Below, piece after piece: positions 63,428-64,000 of a stretch of DNA of 64,000 bases. The stretch lies in the IMG/VR virus record IMGVR_UViG_3300028822_000274, positions 1 through 64,000 of that record; one strand, 5' to 3'. Position 1 is the stretch's first letter; the number at the start of each line of letters is the position of its first letter. Source of the DNA: a virus. The notes under the pieces are model-generated. The model searched no databases, was not told the origin of the DNA, and saw only the letters and a list, made by a program, of their open reading frames with translations. The translations under genes and the position numbers were made by a program.

Positions 63428-64000
63428 ATGCTCGATTTTCTCCTCTGCCCTGATTTCGACGCCGTCGACACCAAAATACTTTTGATCTTGCATGAAATTC
63501 AGAAGGTCTATGGAAGCGTGAGCCAGAAGGATGTCGCTACTTCCATGGGTGTGAGTACAGCAACAATTGAACGCCGTATGAGCAGGCTCAAGGATCTTGG
63601 TGCCGTCGATGTAGAAAAAACGGGGACACGCAGGAGAAAGTATGACATCCCCCTCTTGATTCTCAGCGAAGCGAAAGACCTTACGAAAACAGATGTGCGG
63701 GAAAATTACCCCCTCGCTGGTGAGGGAATAAGTTCTCCCTCATCGCAAGTATGTTTAGGATCTATTACCAATATCAAAAAAGGTACTGATAACGATCTGG
63801 ACGTCTCTTCTAGTTCGTCTGACGTATATGGTACTATACTTGCGATGATGGAAAACTTTCCGGAGGAGGAACCGATGAAATTTTCCGGTCCACAGGGAAA
63901 AATCGCTGATGCGATAACTGCGGCATCAGAACGAACCAAGAAGGTCCATAATCAAGTCCGCGAAAAACGGATCGCACATCAAAAAGCGAATGCCGATCTT
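63428..64000 (+). CDS. N-terminal winged-HTH protein, probable replication initiator (truncated by the window end; not in the ORF track)
   Basis: GGAG RBS; open to 64000; VSQKDVATSMGVSTATIERRMSRLKDLGAV followed by a Ser-rich linker. Confidence 0.6.
   Translation, partial: MLDFLLCPDFDAVDTKILLILHEIQKVYGSVSQKDVATSMGVSTATIERRMSRLKDLGAVDVEKTGTRRRKYDIPLLILSEAKDLTKTDVRENYPLAGEGISSPSSQVCLGSITNIKKGTDNDLDVSSSSSDVYGTILAMMENFPEEEPMKFSGPQGKIADAITAASERTKKVHNQVREKRIAHQKANADL

Noticed and set aside
1-64000. tRNA/rRNA genes, integrase and alternative genetic code
   Set aside because: No cloverleaf or integrase motif was recognised by eye, and conserved genes are intact under code 11 with all three stops in use; tRNAscan was not run

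Overview
This 64 kb window is part of a tailed dsDNA phage genome with a contractile (myovirus-type) tail; all credible genes lie on the + strand. Layout: (1) a ~1.2 kb non-coding left end with short iterated repeats; (2) an early/accessory region (1.2-18.1 kb) of small, often Cys-rich ORFs driven by a repeated TTGACAAAAC...TG(G/C)TA promoter. It includes a three-domain CoaB-like ligase/class II aldolase-like/SAM-methyltransferase protein, a PD-(D/E)XK nuclease, an acidic lipoprotein and a thyX interrupted by an HNH-bearing intein; (3) packaging and head genes (terminase large subunit, portal, MuF-like protein, scaffold, N4-gp56-type capsid); (4) a tail and baseplate module that closely resembles extracellular contractile injection systems (eCIS). 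It has a -1 frameshifted tail chaperone and a spike gene split by a 25-bp tandem duplication; (5) a 12 kb fibre block containing an unexpected archaeal-type CoaD-like nucleotidyltransferase; (6) a lysis-like cassette flanked by two paralogous genes, with no recognisable endolysin; (7) the start of a probable replication region, truncated at the window end. The best candidates for something new are the pair of divergent CoA-pathway-like enzymes (CoaB-like fusion plus CoaD-like) and the capsid-bearing phage with an eCIS-type tail. All product calls come from motif recognition by eye; no database searches were run.
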